Origin: an uncultured Gammaproteobacteria bacterium | GTDB taxonomy: Bacteria; Pseudomonadota; Gammaproteobacteria; JACCXJ01 | Length of the DNA: 64,000 bases | Reading direction: 5' to 3' | Assembly (NCBI GenBank): GCA_963764725.1 | Contig: CAVXTM010000016.1 | Location: 64,001 to 128,000 of the forward strand | Shown here: positions 53,097 through 64,000 of the stretch, piece after piece | How positions within the stretch are numbered: the first letter of the stretch is position 1 | Layout: every line of letters starts with the position of its first letter | Notes under the pieces: model-generated | The model's database searches: none | Told to the model about the DNA's origin: nothing | The model's input: the letters and a program-made list of their open reading frames with translations, nothing else | Made by a program: the position numbers and the translations under genes

Positions 53097-54506
53097 ATGC
53101 GCCGAGCGTTATTATCAGCTTTTATCTACGGGTGCTTGCTACTGGCCGGTTGCGAGGCGGGTGAGCGGGCCGGCATCAGCGCGCCCCGTTCTCCGGTCGG
53201 TCCGGTGCCGGCCGAGCCGCAACGGCCCGGCGATCCCAAACGCGGCTATCGGGCGCTCGTCACCGAGCCCTATGTGAGCTGCGGCATTCCCTACGCGGCT
53301 TACCGGGAGAGCGCCGACCCGCCCCCGCCCTCGCATCGCTTACCGGGCCGGGAGGGGCGCAACGCGGAGTTGCCTTACAATTTCACGGCGCATACGACCA
53401 AGGACGGGGTCGAGCTGGTGGTATCGAATTGCCTGACCTGCCATGCGGGATTTTTCGATGGGCGGCTCATCGTCGGACTCGGCAACGAAGCGCTGGATTT
53501 TACCGAGGACCGCGTACCCTACATTGAGGGACTGGGCGCCTACGTCCAAGACGAGAAGGCGGCGCGTGAATGGCGTAAATGGGCGGACCGGCTCGAGGCC
53601 ATCGGCCCCTACAGCACCACCGACACGGTGGGTTCAAACCCGGCGATCAGCATCACCTGGGCACTCTTCGCGCACCGCGATCCTAAGACGCTCGCCTGGT
53701 CGCAGGCAGCGCTCATCGCGCCCCCGCCCACCCGACCGTTGCCCGCCACCGTGCCGCCCTGGTGGCGCATGAAGAAAAAGCATGCGATGTTCGATACGGC
53801 TGCCGGGCGCGGCGATCACGCGCGCCTCATGATCCTCGCCTCGACCTTGTGCACGGATAGCGTCGAGGAGGCGCGGGCTATCGATGCCTACGCGCCCGAT
53901 ATACGTGCCTTTATCGAGTCCTTGCAGCCGCCCGCTTATCCGTTTGCAACCGATCAAGCGCTTGCGGCGAGGGGCCACCTGCTGTTCGAAGCCAGCTGCA
54001 CCCAATGCCATGGGACCTATGGAGAGAACTGGACTTACCCGAATCGGGTCATCGATCTGGCCCGGATCGGTACCGATCCGGCCGTGGCCCTGGCTGCCAC
54101 CGGCGGGAGCGAAGACCGATTTCTGCGCTGGCTCGGTCGGTCGTTTTACGGCGAATCCGCGCGCCTCGCCCCGGCCCGCGGTTATATCGCGCCACCCTTG
54201 GATGGCGTCTGGGCCACGGCGCCTTACCTGCACAATGGCTCGGTGCCGACGATCGACGCCTTGTTGAACAGCGGTAAACGGCCCAGGTATTGGCGCCGGT
54301 CGTTCGATTCCAAGGACTACGATCAAGAAACGCTGGGCTGGCGATATATCGAGCTTGCGGAAGGCAAGAAGGGAACGGATCCCAACGCAAGGAAATGGGT
54401 TTATGACACCACGCTGCCCGGCGCTACCAATAGCGGACATACCTTTGGCGATCATTTGAACGAGGGCGAGCGACGGGCGGTCCTCGAGTACTTGAAAACA
54501 TTGTGA
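53097..54506 (+). CDS. Di-heme c-type cytochrome lipoprotein, RoxA/RoxB-related
   Basis: LAGC lipobox, CLTCH, CTQCH, PPWW, APPLDGVWATAPYLHNGSVPT, NSGH. Confidence 0.8.
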   Translation: MRRALLSAFIYGCLLLAGCEAGERAGISAPRSPVGPVPAEPQRPGDPKRGYRALVTEPYVSCGIPYAAYRESADPPPPSHRLPGREGRNAELPYNFTAHTTKDGVELVVSNCLTCHAGFFDGRLIVGLGNEALDFTEDRVPYIEGLGAYVQDEKAAREWRKWADRLEAIGPYSTTDTVGSNPAISITWALFAHRDPKTLAWSQAALIAPPPTRPLPATVPPWWRMKKKHAMFDTAAGRGDHARLMILASTLCTDSVEEARAIDAYAPDIRAFIESLQPPAYPFATDQALAARGHLLFEASCTQCHGTYGENWTYPNRVIDLARIGTDPAVALAATGGSEDRFLRWLGRSFYGESARLAPARGYIAPPLDGVWATAPYLHNGSVPTIDALLNSGKRPRYWRRSFDSKDYDQETLGWRYIELAEGKKGTDPNARKWVYDTTLPGATNSGHTFGDHLNEGERRAVLEYLKTL

Positions 54507-55240
54507 GGGAAACACCGGATCTCGTGGCGCATCGCGGGTATGCGCTTCATTATCCGGAAAATACCGGCGCTGCCATCCATGCCGCGCTCGCGGCTGGCGC
54601 CAAGTATTTCGAATGCGATGTCCAACTCACCGCGGACCGCGTACCCATCCTGTTTCATGACCAGACCTTGGATCGCGTCTGCGGCGTGCCCGGCAGAATC
54701 CATGACTTCAAGTTCGCCGAGTTAGCTCCACTGTCGGCCCACGAACCCGGGCGCTTCGGTGAACGCTTCCAGGGCGAACCCATCGCCTCGCTGGAGGCTA
54801 TTGGCCGCATTCTGATATCCAACCCGGAGGTCGTGGGTTTCATAGAAATCAAGACCGAGTCCATCGAGCGTTTCGGCGTAGATATGGTGTTCGACAGTGT
54901 CGATGCGGTTCTTTCGCGCTGCGCGCGCCAGGTTGTTTTGATTTCGTATTCGGGGAGGTTTATTCACTATGTGCAGGGTTACTTTATCGGTGCGGTGATC
55001 GACCGTTGGGAGGATCTCGATAGCGTACGCTTGTTGCACCCGCACTATGTCTTCTGCGATCTTGATGGGTTACCGCCCACGGGCGAGCTTCGGTGCCAAG
55101 GCGCGAAACTGGTGGTGTTCGAAGTCCGTCATGCCGCCCTGGCGTTGGCGCTCGGGGAACGCGGCGTGGAGCTCATCGAGACCTTTGCGGTCGGGGAATT
55201 ACTCGAGGAGCTTAGTGACGTTCGCGATCCTCGGCCGTGA
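54503..55240 (+). CDS. Glycerophosphodiester phosphodiesterase
   Basis: VAHRG, PENT, ECDVQLTAD, HD, EIK. Confidence 0.9.
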   Translation: MRETPDLVAHRGYALHYPENTGAAIHAALAAGAKYFECDVQLTADRVPILFHDQTLDRVCGVPGRIHDFKFAELAPLSAHEPGRFGERFQGEPIASLEAIGRILISNPEVVGFIEIKTESIERFGVDMVFDSVDAVLSRCARQVVLISYSGRFIHYVQGYFIGAVIDRWEDLDSVRLLHPHYVFCDLDGLPPTGELRCQGAKLVVFEVRHAALALALGERGVELIETFAVGELLEELSDVRDPRP

Positions 55241-56406
55241 CCGAAGACCGTTACGATATCGCCGTCGTGGGCGCAGGAATTCACGGGGCCGGTGTGGCCC
55301 AGGCCGCGGCCGGCTACCGCACCTTGGTGATCGAAAAGAGCGCGCCGGGGGCGGGGACCTCGTCCCGATCGAGCAAGTTGATCCACGGCGGGCTCCGCTA
55401 TCTCGAGAGCGGCCAGCTCCGTCTGGTTCGCGAATCGCTGCGGGAGCGTGAGATTCTGCTGCGCATCGCGCCGGGTCTCGTCCGCCGCATTCCTTTCCTG
55501 ATCCCGGTGTATCAAAACTCGGCGCGTCCGCCGTGGAAGATCCGCTTGGGCTTGTCGGCCTACGCCCTGTTAGGGGGCGGCAAGCGCGGTACTCGGTTTC
55601 GGTCGCTAGGGCGCAACGCATGGAATACGCTCGGCGGATTGCGGACAGACGGGCTGCGCGCGGTCTTCGAGTATTGGGATGCGCAAACCGACGATGCCGC
55701 CTTGACGCGCGCGGTATTGAGCTCCGCCCGGGCTTACGGGGTCGAGGTGATTTATCCGGCGATGTTCGAGGGCGCCGTGCGCGACGGCGATGCCTATCGC
55801 ATTCGCTATCGCGCGCAAGGGCAAGTACGCACCTGTGTGGCGACCGTTTTGATCAACGCCGGTGGCCCCTGGGTCAATGAGATCCAGGAACGGGCGCAGG
55901 CACCCTCGCTGGCGATCGATCTAGTACAGGGGACCCATATCGTCCTCGACCGGCCGGTGACCGATCGGGTGTTCTATGTCGAGTCACCGCGCGACCGGCG
56001 TCCCGTATTCGTGATGCCTTGGCGCGGCGCGACGTTGGTCGGAACGACCGAGACCGTGTTTCGAAGCGATCCGGAGTCGGTGCGGCCGCTTCCCCAAGAG
56101 ATTGAGTATCTCGAAGAGATGCTACACCATTATTTTCCGCGTTATCCCGGGAAACGCATGCAAGCGATGGCGGGGTTGCGCGTCCTGCCCAAGCGAGAGG
56201 CTTCACCTCAGGACCGATCGCGGGAAACCGTCCTGCTTTGCGACGACCCAGCCCGGCCGCACCTGGTGGCGATCTACGGCGGCAAGCTCACCGCCTACCG
56301 CGCCACGGCGGCGAAGGTGCTTAGGATCCTCGGACCAAGTTTACCGCCCGTTGCCAAACCTGTTCGTACCGACAACATCGATTTAAGCGCGTCAGCGTTC
56401 GATTAA
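55237..56406 (+). CDS. glpD: FAD-dependent glycerol-3-phosphate dehydrogenase/oxidase
   Basis: GAGIHG, TSSRSSKLIHGGLRYLE, GGKLT. Confidence 0.8.
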   Translation: MTEDRYDIAVVGAGIHGAGVAQAAAGYRTLVIEKSAPGAGTSSRSSKLIHGGLRYLESGQLRLVRESLREREILLRIAPGLVRRIPFLIPVYQNSARPPWKIRLGLSAYALLGGGKRGTRFRSLGRNAWNTLGGLRTDGLRAVFEYWDAQTDDAALTRAVLSSARAYGVEVIYPAMFEGAVRDGDAYRIRYRAQGQVRTCVATVLINAGGPWVNEIQERAQAPSLAIDLVQGTHIVLDRPVTDRVFYVESPRDRRPVFVMPWRGATLVGTTETVFRSDPESVRPLPQEIEYLEEMLHHYFPRYPGKRMQAMAGLRVLPKREASPQDRSRETVLLCDDPARPHLVAIYGGKLTAYRATAAKVLRILGPSLPPVAKPVRTDNIDLSASAFD

Positions 56407-56458
56407 CTTCGCGGCGGCTTGTGGCGCGCCATGTACGCGATAAGGTATAACCCGGAGC

Positions 56459-56959
56459 GTGAAAAAACCCTATGTGTCCACCGCGCGCCCGATCCCGGCA
56501 GGTTTTTTACGCCATCCTGCACATCTTCTAGCATTGGGGTTTGGCACAGGATGTGCCCCCATAGCACCGGGTACAGCCGGAACGGTTTTTGGGGTTCTGG
56601 TGTACCTGGCGTTGCAAGCCGTCCCGGTGCTGTGGTATTTAATGGTGACGGTGGTTCTGTTCGGTGTCGGTGTGCTCGTATGCCACCGCGCGGCCGAGGC
56701 CCTGGGTACGCACGACCATCCCGCGATCGTTTGGGATGAAGTGGTCGGTTACCTGGTGGCCATGACGGCGGCGCCTGACGGTTGGGCTTGGATGCTGCTT
56801 GGGTTCGTGCTTTTTAGAGCCTTTGATATTTTCAAGCCCTGGCCGATTCGAACCATCGATGTGCGCGTTTCGGGGGGAATGGGGATCATGCTTGATGATG
56901 CCGCCGCGGGGCTTTACGCCTTTTTAATCATGCAGGTGACCGGATATTTGACGCACTAA
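56459..56959 (+). CDS. pgpA: Phosphatidylglycerophosphatase A
   Basis: APGTAGT, IVWDE, FRAFDIFKPWPI, MLDD. Confidence 0.95.
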   Translation: MKKPYVSTARPIPAGFLRHPAHLLALGFGTGCAPIAPGTAGTVFGVLVYLALQAVPVLWYLMVTVVLFGVGVLVCHRAAEALGTHDHPAIVWDEVVGYLVAMTAAPDGWAWMLLGFVLFRAFDIFKPWPIRTIDVRVSGGMGIMLDDAAAGLYAFLIMQVTGYLTH

Positions 56960-56995
56960 GCCGGCGCATCTGCTTTAATACGAGAACTAGAACCT

Positions 56996-57616
56996 ATGGC
57001 GCATTACCATCTCAGCTCGGTTTCTTCTATTGCGATTATGGGGGTGCTGTTTTTTGCACCCCAAGCGCACGCCGATGTCTACAAATACGTCGATAAATAC
57101 GGCCGCGTCTACCTCACCGACCGGCCAAGCCATTCTGGCTATACACGCATTGTCCGGACCTTGAAGGGTTGGACGCTGCCCTCGGGCAAGGGATATTCCA
57201 ATAGCGGGAAGAATCGTAGCCTCTATGGCCCGGCCATCGCCCAGGCGGCACTCAGGTATAAGCTTCCTCACGCCTTGTTGCATGCCGTGATTAAGGCCGA
57301 ATCGGCTTACAATCCAATAGCGGTCTCGCGCGCCGGCGCGGTGGGGCTCATGCAGCTCATGCCCGGTACCGCGCTACGCTACGGCGTCATCAACCGTAAA
57401 GATCCCATCGCGAACTTGAGCGGCGGGTCGCGTTACCTGCGCGATCTCATGGGCATGTTTAAGAACAACCTGGTGCTCGCGCTTGCGGCCTATAACGCGG
57501 GTGAAAATGCCGTGATCCGCCATGGCCGTAAGATCCCGCCCTATCCAGAAACCCAAACCTACGTGCGGCGCGTGCTGCAATACTATAAGCAATACCAGCT
57601 TTCGATGAGCGGGTGA
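56996..57616 (+). CDS. Lytic transglycosylase (DUF4124-like + SLT domain)
   Basis: AESAYNP, GLMQL, AYNAG, ETQTYV. Confidence 0.92.
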   Translation: MAHYHLSSVSSIAIMGVLFFAPQAHADVYKYVDKYGRVYLTDRPSHSGYTRIVRTLKGWTLPSGKGYSNSGKNRSLYGPAIAQAALRYKLPHALLHAVIKAESAYNPIAVSRAGAVGLMQLMPGTALRYGVINRKDPIANLSGGSRYLRDLMGMFKNNLVLALAAYNAGENAVIRHGRKIPPYPETQTYVRRVLQYYKQYQLSMSG

Positions 57617-57786
57617 GAGCGCTTACTGCGCACCGCTCGCTCCTCGACGATCCAGTTGATATGTCTCGTCGCTCACTCCCCGGCTCCTGGCGCTCGGGGC
57701 CGCTCGCGACGTATCTCTCACAAACCCGGCCATCGGCTTACGATCCGGAGGGAGTGATGAGCGGGATCGGTTCGCGCCTGTGTTTT

Positions 57787-57890
57787 CTATAGAGAGTGAA
57801 GTCCGAGCCAGCTCTGCCAGATTTCGGCCCGCACCTGTTGCACCGCCTTCTTGTTGGTGGTGTTCTCCCACAGCACCAGGTTTGGGGGCA
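57787..57890 (-). pseudogene. DUF1156 (adenine methylase-like) fragment
   Basis: LVLWENTTNKKAVQQVRAEIWQSW; family recognised from memory. Confidence 0.45.
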
Positions 57891-57895
57891 TATCG

Positions 57896-59281
57896 TCATG
57901 GGAGAACGACGCCGGAGCGATCAGCGATCCGTTGAGCGAGCTCAAGAAAGTCGGTGTAGGCGTTTCGAGCTGCCTGGCTATGTGCACCGATCGCACCATC
58001 AGCCGGCTTGAGGAAGAACACTGGCTTGCGGGCCTCCATCGCCATCGGCATCAAGCTCCGGTAATGCTTGAGCATCGCCAGACAAAATGGATCCGTGGCG
58101 GCAATCATCGCGGCACCTGACGATTCATCGAGCACCGACTGCCGGTACTCGGCTGGAAAGCGGTCGATCCAACGCTGGTAAGCTTTGGGCGGCCGGTTTT
58201 CGCGCATGCCATGTTGCATTACCACGTAGCCCAATGGCTCAATCTGTCCCGAGGGCAGTTCCATCGCCGGATCGGGGTTCTTGTCGGACAGCTCCGTCCA
58301 ACTCGCGCGCCAGGCGCGAAGCGAGGGCGCAAGGTTGCGTAGCCCCTGCAAGGAGAACAGGTCGGGACCGAGTGGGATCACCACGTGTTGGCTTGCGATT
58401 AATGCGGCACGATTGATTGCGCCGAGGTTGGGCCCGACGTCGATTAGCACCCAGCTTGCGTCCAAGGCCAACGCCGCCTGACGCATCCCCCGGTAGAAGG
58501 CCGTCATCGTACGGAATGACGATTCGTCCTTATTGTGGCAGCGGGGCCAAGCGTCGGAAAGTTTGTCCTCGAACGTTGATAGTGCCAGATCCCCGACGAC
58601 GAGCCCGAGACAAGCGTTGATTTGCTCCACATACGGCGTTTGAACGTCACCGAGGCCACGGATGATGGGTCGCAGCGCACCGAATATGGTTTTGGGGGCT
58701 AGTTGTTGCTCGACTGGCCGAATGTTCTCGGCGATCACCTCCGGAGCAACCGCCTGCTGCAGGTACTCGATCAGGAACAGTGATTTGGAAAGATCATCCA
58801 GAGTGCTGCCCAGGCACGGCTGTGCGTCGAATGTCCTGACATGCGAGACGCGCCGCTCGATAAGGATACGTTCCTCTTGCTCTGACGCGTAACCGCGACG
58901 TGGGCCAAGGCGGATGCAAATGCGGCCCTTATAGCGCACCGGCGGAAGTAGCGAAGGCTGTACCCTGACAACGGCTACCTCGCCTTGCGTCGTGATGATC
59001 TTCTCCACCCTGATCGTGGGTAGCGGTTGGATGTTACCATCGTCGCGCAGGCCTCCAAGGTTGCGCAGCAGTTCGTCGGTTATGGTGATACGTGCAAATC
59101 GCCCCACGTTGTTGACACCGACAATCAAGTGACCAGGGCGCCCGTGATTCGGCAGGTCGTTGGCAAATGCACAGACTGCTTCGGAGAATTTGTCTGTGTC
59201 TCGAGTCGAGATGGTGAACTCGACTAGGTCTGCTTCGTGCTGGGCAATCAGCTTCTCCAGCTCTTGTTCGGTCAGGTTGCA
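57896..59281 (-). pseudogene. Deletion fusion: AlbA_2/Schlafen-like N-terminus joined to a ParA-family ATPase C-terminus
   Basis: E.DLVEF...AVCAFANDLP...LIVGV; then GDLALSTFE, IDVGPNLGAINRAAL, PDLFSLQGL; no Walker A and no clear start. Confidence 0.65.
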
Positions 59282-59309
59282 CTAATTCGGTTCCGCGGAG
59301 CGCTGGCAT

Positions 59310-59550
59310 AAGCGGCTCCAAGTTGTAGTTACACTGGTCACGCCGAAATCCGGTTCACGCTGAAACGGCCGGCGCAGGTAGCGCACCTCGTACGCGTCGC
59401 CGTCCCGGAACTCGACCGGGACGGACGAAAGCGGCAGATGACTGACCATGGGGCGCGACCAGCAACTTATCTAAGGCGATCCGCTCATAGCACGGCAGGA
59501 CGGCCTCGCCGATGCCGACGACCGTGACCAGTGAGTCCGGCAGGACGCCG
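59310..59550 (-). pseudogene. SNF2-type helicase/DUF3883 fragments
   Basis: YERIALDKLLVAPHGQSSAAFVRPG and VRYLRRPFQREPDFGVTSVNYNL. Confidence 0.55.
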
Positions 59551-59571
59551 CGATAATTTATTCACAACCGA

Positions 59572-61251
59572 TCACTCGTCCGTCACACAGCCTTCCGATG
59601 CCGATTTCACGTTTTTAATATACTTGTAGAGCGTTCCGCGCGCCGCCTTGTAGGGCGGGGGTATCCATCGGGCTCTACGGCGGGCGAGATCTTCATCCTC
59701 CAGCTCGACGCTCAAACAACGTTCGGCTGCATCGATGGTGATCCGGTCGCCGTCGTGAATGAGCGCGATCGGTCCGCCTTCCTGAGCCTCGGGGACCACG
59801 TGCCCGACGATGAAGCCGTGGGACCCGCCCGAAAACCGCCCATCGGTGATCAAGGCCACATCCGCGCCGAGCCCCGCGCCCATGATCGCCGAGGTTGGGG
59901 TCAACATCTCCGGCATCCCCGGTCCGCCTTTCGGACCCTCGTAGCGGATCACGACGACATCGCCTTTTTGGATCTGATTTTTTTCCAGCGCGGCGAGCAT
60001 GGCTTCCTCGGAATCGTAGACCCGGGCCGGCCCGGAAAACTGCAAGCCTTCCTTGCCGGTGATCTTGGCCACGGCGCCGCCCGGCGCGAGGTTTCCCTTG
60101 AGGATCTGGATATGACCGCTCGTCTTGATGGGCCGTGCGAGCGGCCGCACCAACTCCTGGCCCGGTGCAAGCCCCGCGACGGCGGCTAGATTCTGGGCCA
60201 TGGTCTTCCCGGTCACCGTCAGACAGTCCCCTCGCAAGAAACCGTTTTCCAACAGGTATTTCATCACCGCCGGTGTTCCGCCGATCTGATGCAGATCCTC
60301 CATGACGTAACTGCCGCTCGGTTTGAGATCGCCGAGGTAGGGGGTGCGATCACTGACCGCTTGAAAATCGTCGAGATCGAGTTTGACTCCGACCGCGCGC
60401 GCCATGGCGATGAGGTGCAGCACGGCGTTGGTCGAGCCTCCCAGCACCGTGACCAGGACCATGGCGTTTTCAAACGCCTCGCGGTTCATGATGTCGCGCG
60501 GTTTGATGTCCTGCTCGATTAAATGGCGGATCGCCGCGCCCGCCCGCAGGCATTCGTCGAGCTTCGCCGGATCGACCGCCGGCGTCGATGAGCTGTAGGG
60601 TAACGACATTCCGAGCGCTTCGATCGCGACCGCCATGGTGTTGGCGGTGTACATGCCGCCGCAGGCGCCCGCACCCGGACAGGATCTTTTCACGATGTCG
60701 CTACGTGTCGCCTCGTCGATGGCGCCCGCGAGATACTCGCCGTAGCTCTGAAACGCCGAGATGATGTCGAGCTTTTTATCGCCACGGTGGCCGGGCCGGA
60801 TGGTGCCCCCGTAGATCATGAGCGCCGGGCGGTTCAGACGGCCCATGGCCATGAGGCAACCGGGCATGTTTTTATCGCAGCCCGGGATCGAAATATTGGC
60901 GTCATACCATTGGGCGCACATCACCGTCTCGATGGAATCGGCGATGAGATCGCGCGATTGCAGCGAATAACTCATACCTTCCGTGCCCATCGAGATCCCA
61001 TCGCTCACGCCGATGGTGTTGAAACGCATTCCCACCAAACCCGCGGCGACCACCCCCTCCTTGATCTTCTCCGCGAGCCGCAAGAGATGCATGTTGCAGG
61101 TATTGCCCTCGTACCAGACACTGGCGATCCCGACTTGCGGTTTGTGCATGTCCGCCTCGGTGAGTCCGGCGCCGTAGAGCATCGCTTGCGACGCGCCCTG
61201 GGATTTCGGTTGGGTGATGCGTGCGCTGTAGCGGTTAGCGCGATGGGCCAT
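59572..61251 (-). CDS. ilvD: Dihydroxy-acid dehydratase
   Basis: [37 protein letters not shown]. Confidence 0.97.
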   Translation of the reverse strand: MAHRANRYSARITQPKSQGASQAMLYGAGLTEADMHKPQVGIASVWYEGNTCNMHLLRLAEKIKEGVVAAGLVGMRFNTIGVSDGISMGTEGMSYSLQSRDLIADSIETVMCAQWYDANISIPGCDKNMPGCLMAMGRLNRPALMIYGGTIRPGHRGDKKLDIISAFQSYGEYLAGAIDEATRSDIVKRSCPGAGACGGMYTANTMAVAIEALGMSLPYSSSTPAVDPAKLDECLRAGAAIRHLIEQDIKPRDIMNREAFENAMVLVTVLGGSTNAVLHLIAMARAVGVKLDLDDFQAVSDRTPYLGDLKPSGSYVMEDLHQIGGTPAVMKYLLENGFLRGDCLTVTGKTMAQNLAAVAGLAPGQELVRPLARPIKTSGHIQILKGNLAPGGAVAKITGKEGLQFSGPARVYDSEEAMLAALEKNQIQKGDVVVIRYEGPKGGPGMPEMLTPTSAIMGAGLGADVALITDGRFSGGSHGFIVGHVVPEAQEGGPIALIHDGDRITIDAAERCLSVELEDEDLARRRARWIPPPYKAARGTLYKYIKNVKSASEGCVTDE

Positions 61252-61589
61252 GCGAAACTCCGGAGGTTCTCAATCGTGCACCGGATATTACACGGCCCGG
61301 CGCGGTACTCACAACGGCACTAGATAATGGGTCGTTCCACCACGATGCGTCGGTTTTCCCAAATGGACCGTTTTCGCCGGCCTTGACATGACCTTCGGGA
61401 AGTGAAATGCCGGGAGTATCGATCTATCGTTCCTAGCGGGAGTTATCGACACCATGAGGTTGCTCGACCGCTTGTGCCGGGGCTAGAGCATCCCCAGCAA
61501 CTTTAGAAGGTAAGGAAACGATGAAAGCGACATCTGCTGCGCCCGGCACCGGCCATCGCGGATTACGCGACTCCCTCTCCTGCGTCAAC

Positions 61590-62369
61590 TCACGCGAGGA
61601 ACTCGACGGCACCCGTCTTCAGGTCGTAGAACGCGCCCGCGATCTTGACGGCACCAGCTGTCTCCAGCTCGGCGATCACCTTGCTGTTCTTCCTGATGTT
61701 GCCCATGGTCAGTTCGACGTTCTTCCGCGCCACCGCATCGACGAATTCCGCGTTGCCCGCCGTGCGATCCCCGGTGTATGTCGTCGCCTTGATCGCCGGC
61801 TGGATCTTCGCAAGCAACTGCGTGAGGTTGCCAAGCTTAGCGTCGGCGATTGCCCCGGCCACCGCGCCACACGCCGAGTGACCCATCACCAGCACCACCT
61901 TCGCCCCGGCGAGCTTCGTGGTGAACTCCATGCTGCCGAGGATGTCGGGGTTCTCGATGTTGCCTGCGATCCGGACGTTGAAGACGTCGCCCATGCCGAG
62001 GTTGAAGAGGATCTCCGCCGGGGCACGCGAATCGATGCAGCTGAGCAGTACGCCTGCGGGAAACTGCCCGGAGGCCGCAGCGCGCTGCTCCGCGAGGAAG
62101 TCGCGCTGGATCTTCCGCCCTTCGCGGAAGCGGACGTTGCCCTCCTTCCACTTCGCGACGATCTGGTCCGCCGTCATCTGGTCGCGCGCTTCCTTCGTCA
62201 GCGCAACGACGGGCGGTTCCTGCGCGGCGGTGGTCTCCACCGGCTTCGTCTCAGCCGCCTTCGCACCGTAGGCGCCAAGCAATCCGACCGCCGCTGCCAC
62301 GGTAGACGTCTTGATGAAGGCTCGCCTCGACGGAAAGTGACCCAGATTGCTCTTCTCGGATTCAGACAT
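61590..62369 (-). CDS. Beta-carbonic anhydrase with Tat signal
   Basis: SRRAFIK twin-arginine signal; CIDSR, RIAGN, GHSACG. Confidence 0.92.
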   Translation of the reverse strand: MSESEKSNLGHFPSRRAFIKTSTVAAAVGLLGAYGAKAAETKPVETTAAQEPPVVALTKEARDQMTADQIVAKWKEGNVRFREGRKIQRDFLAEQRAAASGQFPAGVLLSCIDSRAPAEILFNLGMGDVFNVRIAGNIENPDILGSMEFTTKLAGAKVVLVMGHSACGAVAGAIADAKLGNLTQLLAKIQPAIKATTYTGDRTAGNAEFVDAVARKNVELTMGNIRKNSKVIAELETAGAVKIAGAFYDLKTGAVEFLA

Positions 62370-62755
62370 GAGGCTGATCTCCTGGTAAGGTTGCCAGTAG
62401 GATAACGGACAGGTATCGTAAACTGTATCACGCCTCGCGGGAGGACTCAAAACGAACTGAAGGCACGGGCGCAGCGCAGTTAGCCGTCTCGTGCAGGGGC
62501 GTCTGACTGCCGGGGCAGCGCGCGAGGAGTGCTCGAGGCCGCGGACACGGAGTCGCATGAAACGATCGATCGCGATTCGTCGGGAGTGCGTGGCCGGGCT
62601 TCGCCGGCGCGACGCCGGCGCGACCAATCAGGACGAGTTCGCGCGCTGTTGAAGCGCTTCTCGCACGAGACGCACGCTGACACCGGTTTGTAGAGCTGAT
62701 CGATCTCCGCATGCATCCAGTGACAGTAACTGCAATCCACGTCGGTGAACCCGCA

Positions 62756-63595
62756 CTACCACAGATAGGCGGCTCCCACCCCCGCGTACACCTGATTGGC
62801 AGAGCCGCGGTCGTCCACGATGGGGCTATCCGCCGCGTCATCCAGGAGGCGGCGGTATTGAAGGCCGGCGGCGAGCAACCACTCCCTGCTCAGGTAAAAC
62901 AGTGCCCCCAGATTGAGTCGGACGTCGTTGACCCCGCCGCTTGGCGAAAACTGGGGTAGCCCGGTCGCCGCGGCGTCGGCGGCGTCGACCCCGAAGTATG
63001 TCTCCACGTAATCGGAGTCCGCGAACTGCATGCCACCGCCGATGTGGACGTCGATGGCTTTTGTCACTGGTCGCCAGTAGCGCGCCGAAATCCTTCCCCG
63101 CAGCCCATCGCTCTCGTTGCCCACGTCTTGCTGGATAGCACCCCCCGCGACCAAGCGATGGCGCGGATTCCCCGGCTCTACGATGTAATACCAATCCAAA
63201 AATGCGCCCATCTCCACGGTGCCGTCGATCTCCTGCATGCGCGCCACCACTTCGTCTTCCACATCGTCATCGCGTCCGAAGTGATAGTTGATCAGAGGCC
63301 CGAATCGAAGGTTTGGGCGGTCGAGCACATTGAACGTCACCTCCGCTCCCAGCAACTGCACGAACCGCTTCGATCCCTCGAACTGATAACGAAAAAACGG
63401 CGCGACGCCCACCTCGTAGTCGTTTGAGCCGAGGTAATCCGGTATTGCTCCCACGGCCGCGCCGGCAATGCGCGGCACCTCCGTCTCCAATTCGAACAGA
63501 GCTTCGGCCTGGACCGAGATGCCCGTTCCTGCAAGAAACCCCAGGAGCGATAACTTGATAGCAAGCTGTCGCAATATGCGTACTTTATGAATCAT
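62756..63595 (-). CDS. MipA/OmpV family outer membrane protein
   Basis: Signal peptide, PDYLGS, YFGV, AADSPIV, terminal aromatic residue. Confidence 0.88.
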   Translation of the reverse strand: MIHKVRILRQLAIKLSLLGFLAGTGISVQAEALFELETEVPRIAGAAVGAIPDYLGSNDYEVGVAPFFRYQFEGSKRFVQLLGAEVTFNVLDRPNLRFGPLINYHFGRDDDVEDEVVARMQEIDGTVEMGAFLDWYYIVEPGNPRHRLVAGGAIQQDVGNESDGLRGRISARYWRPVTKAIDVHIGGGMQFADSDYVETYFGVDAADAAATGLPQFSPSGGVNDVRLNLGALFYLSREWLLAAGLQYRRLLDDAADSPIVDDRGSANQVYAGVGAAYLW

Positions 63596-63797
63596 GATCC
63601 ATCCTCTCTCTTGTCCGGAACCTGGGCCACATTTCGACCAAGTTGCTGTATTTCCGCTAAACGTGGCTCGGTTACTATCGGGATTACGGTTTAGTGGATT
63701 TCTGAATTTATCTAACCCTCAAGCAGTAACTGCAGGCTTTATGGAAAGTCTGACCGAGCTGAACGCATTCGAGGCGAAAAGACCGCCGCGCTGGATT

Positions 63798-64000
63798 TCA
63801 GGGTGCCAGTTGTAGTTTGGGCGCTCGTCCTTGTTGTCGGTTTGCTCGCGGTGGTGTCAATTCCTGGGGCGTTGCGGTTGGCTCCTGGATGTTGAAGAAG
63901 ATGGCATACAGCACCGGTGTCAGTATCAACGCTAGGATAGCGGCGCACGTCAGTCCGAACATGATGCACACCGCCATCCCCCCGAAGAACGGGTCCACCA
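63798..64000 (-). CDS. RND efflux permease C-terminus (partial)
   Basis: DPFFGGMAVCIMFGL...LILTPVLYAIFF. Confidence 0.8.
   Translation of the reverse strand, partial: VDPFFGGMAVCIMFGLTCAAILALILTPVLYAIFFNIQEPTATPQELTPPRANRQQGRAPKLQLAP

Noticed and set aside
61590-62627. 345-aa version of the carbonic anhydrase
   Set aside because: The Tat signal and the GGAG RBS indicate a start at 62369

Overview
Chromosomal window from a high-GC gammaproteobacterium, judged from gene order (uvrC-pgsA-tRNA Gly/Cys/Leu; recA-recX-alaS-lysC-csrA-tRNA Ser/Arg; guaBA, xseA, ilvD). Two core blocks enclose a ~30 kb decayed accessory island (8365-38550) lying between the 3' ends of convergent tRNA-Leu and tRNA-Arg genes, each with a tyrosine-integrase remnant. 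The island carries an hsp20-lon-osmC stress module, two type II TA pairs, a dense nested IS cluster (ISL3, IS256, IS3, IS110, IS481, RAYT and an unclassified element), fragments of a Tc-toxin-like gene, a large TPR gene, a group II intron 3' end, a half tRNA-Ser att relic and a TIR/TPR-S + alpha/beta hydrolase + TPR operon. The strongest leads are (1) two apparently identical IS110 copies, each inserted at the poly-A frameshift site of an IS3 element, whose non-coding leader contains target- and donor-matching motifs (candidate bridge/seek RNA), and (2) the TIR-TPR-S operon, a candidate uncharacterised defence or conflict system. All family calls come from motif recognition by eye; no database search was run.
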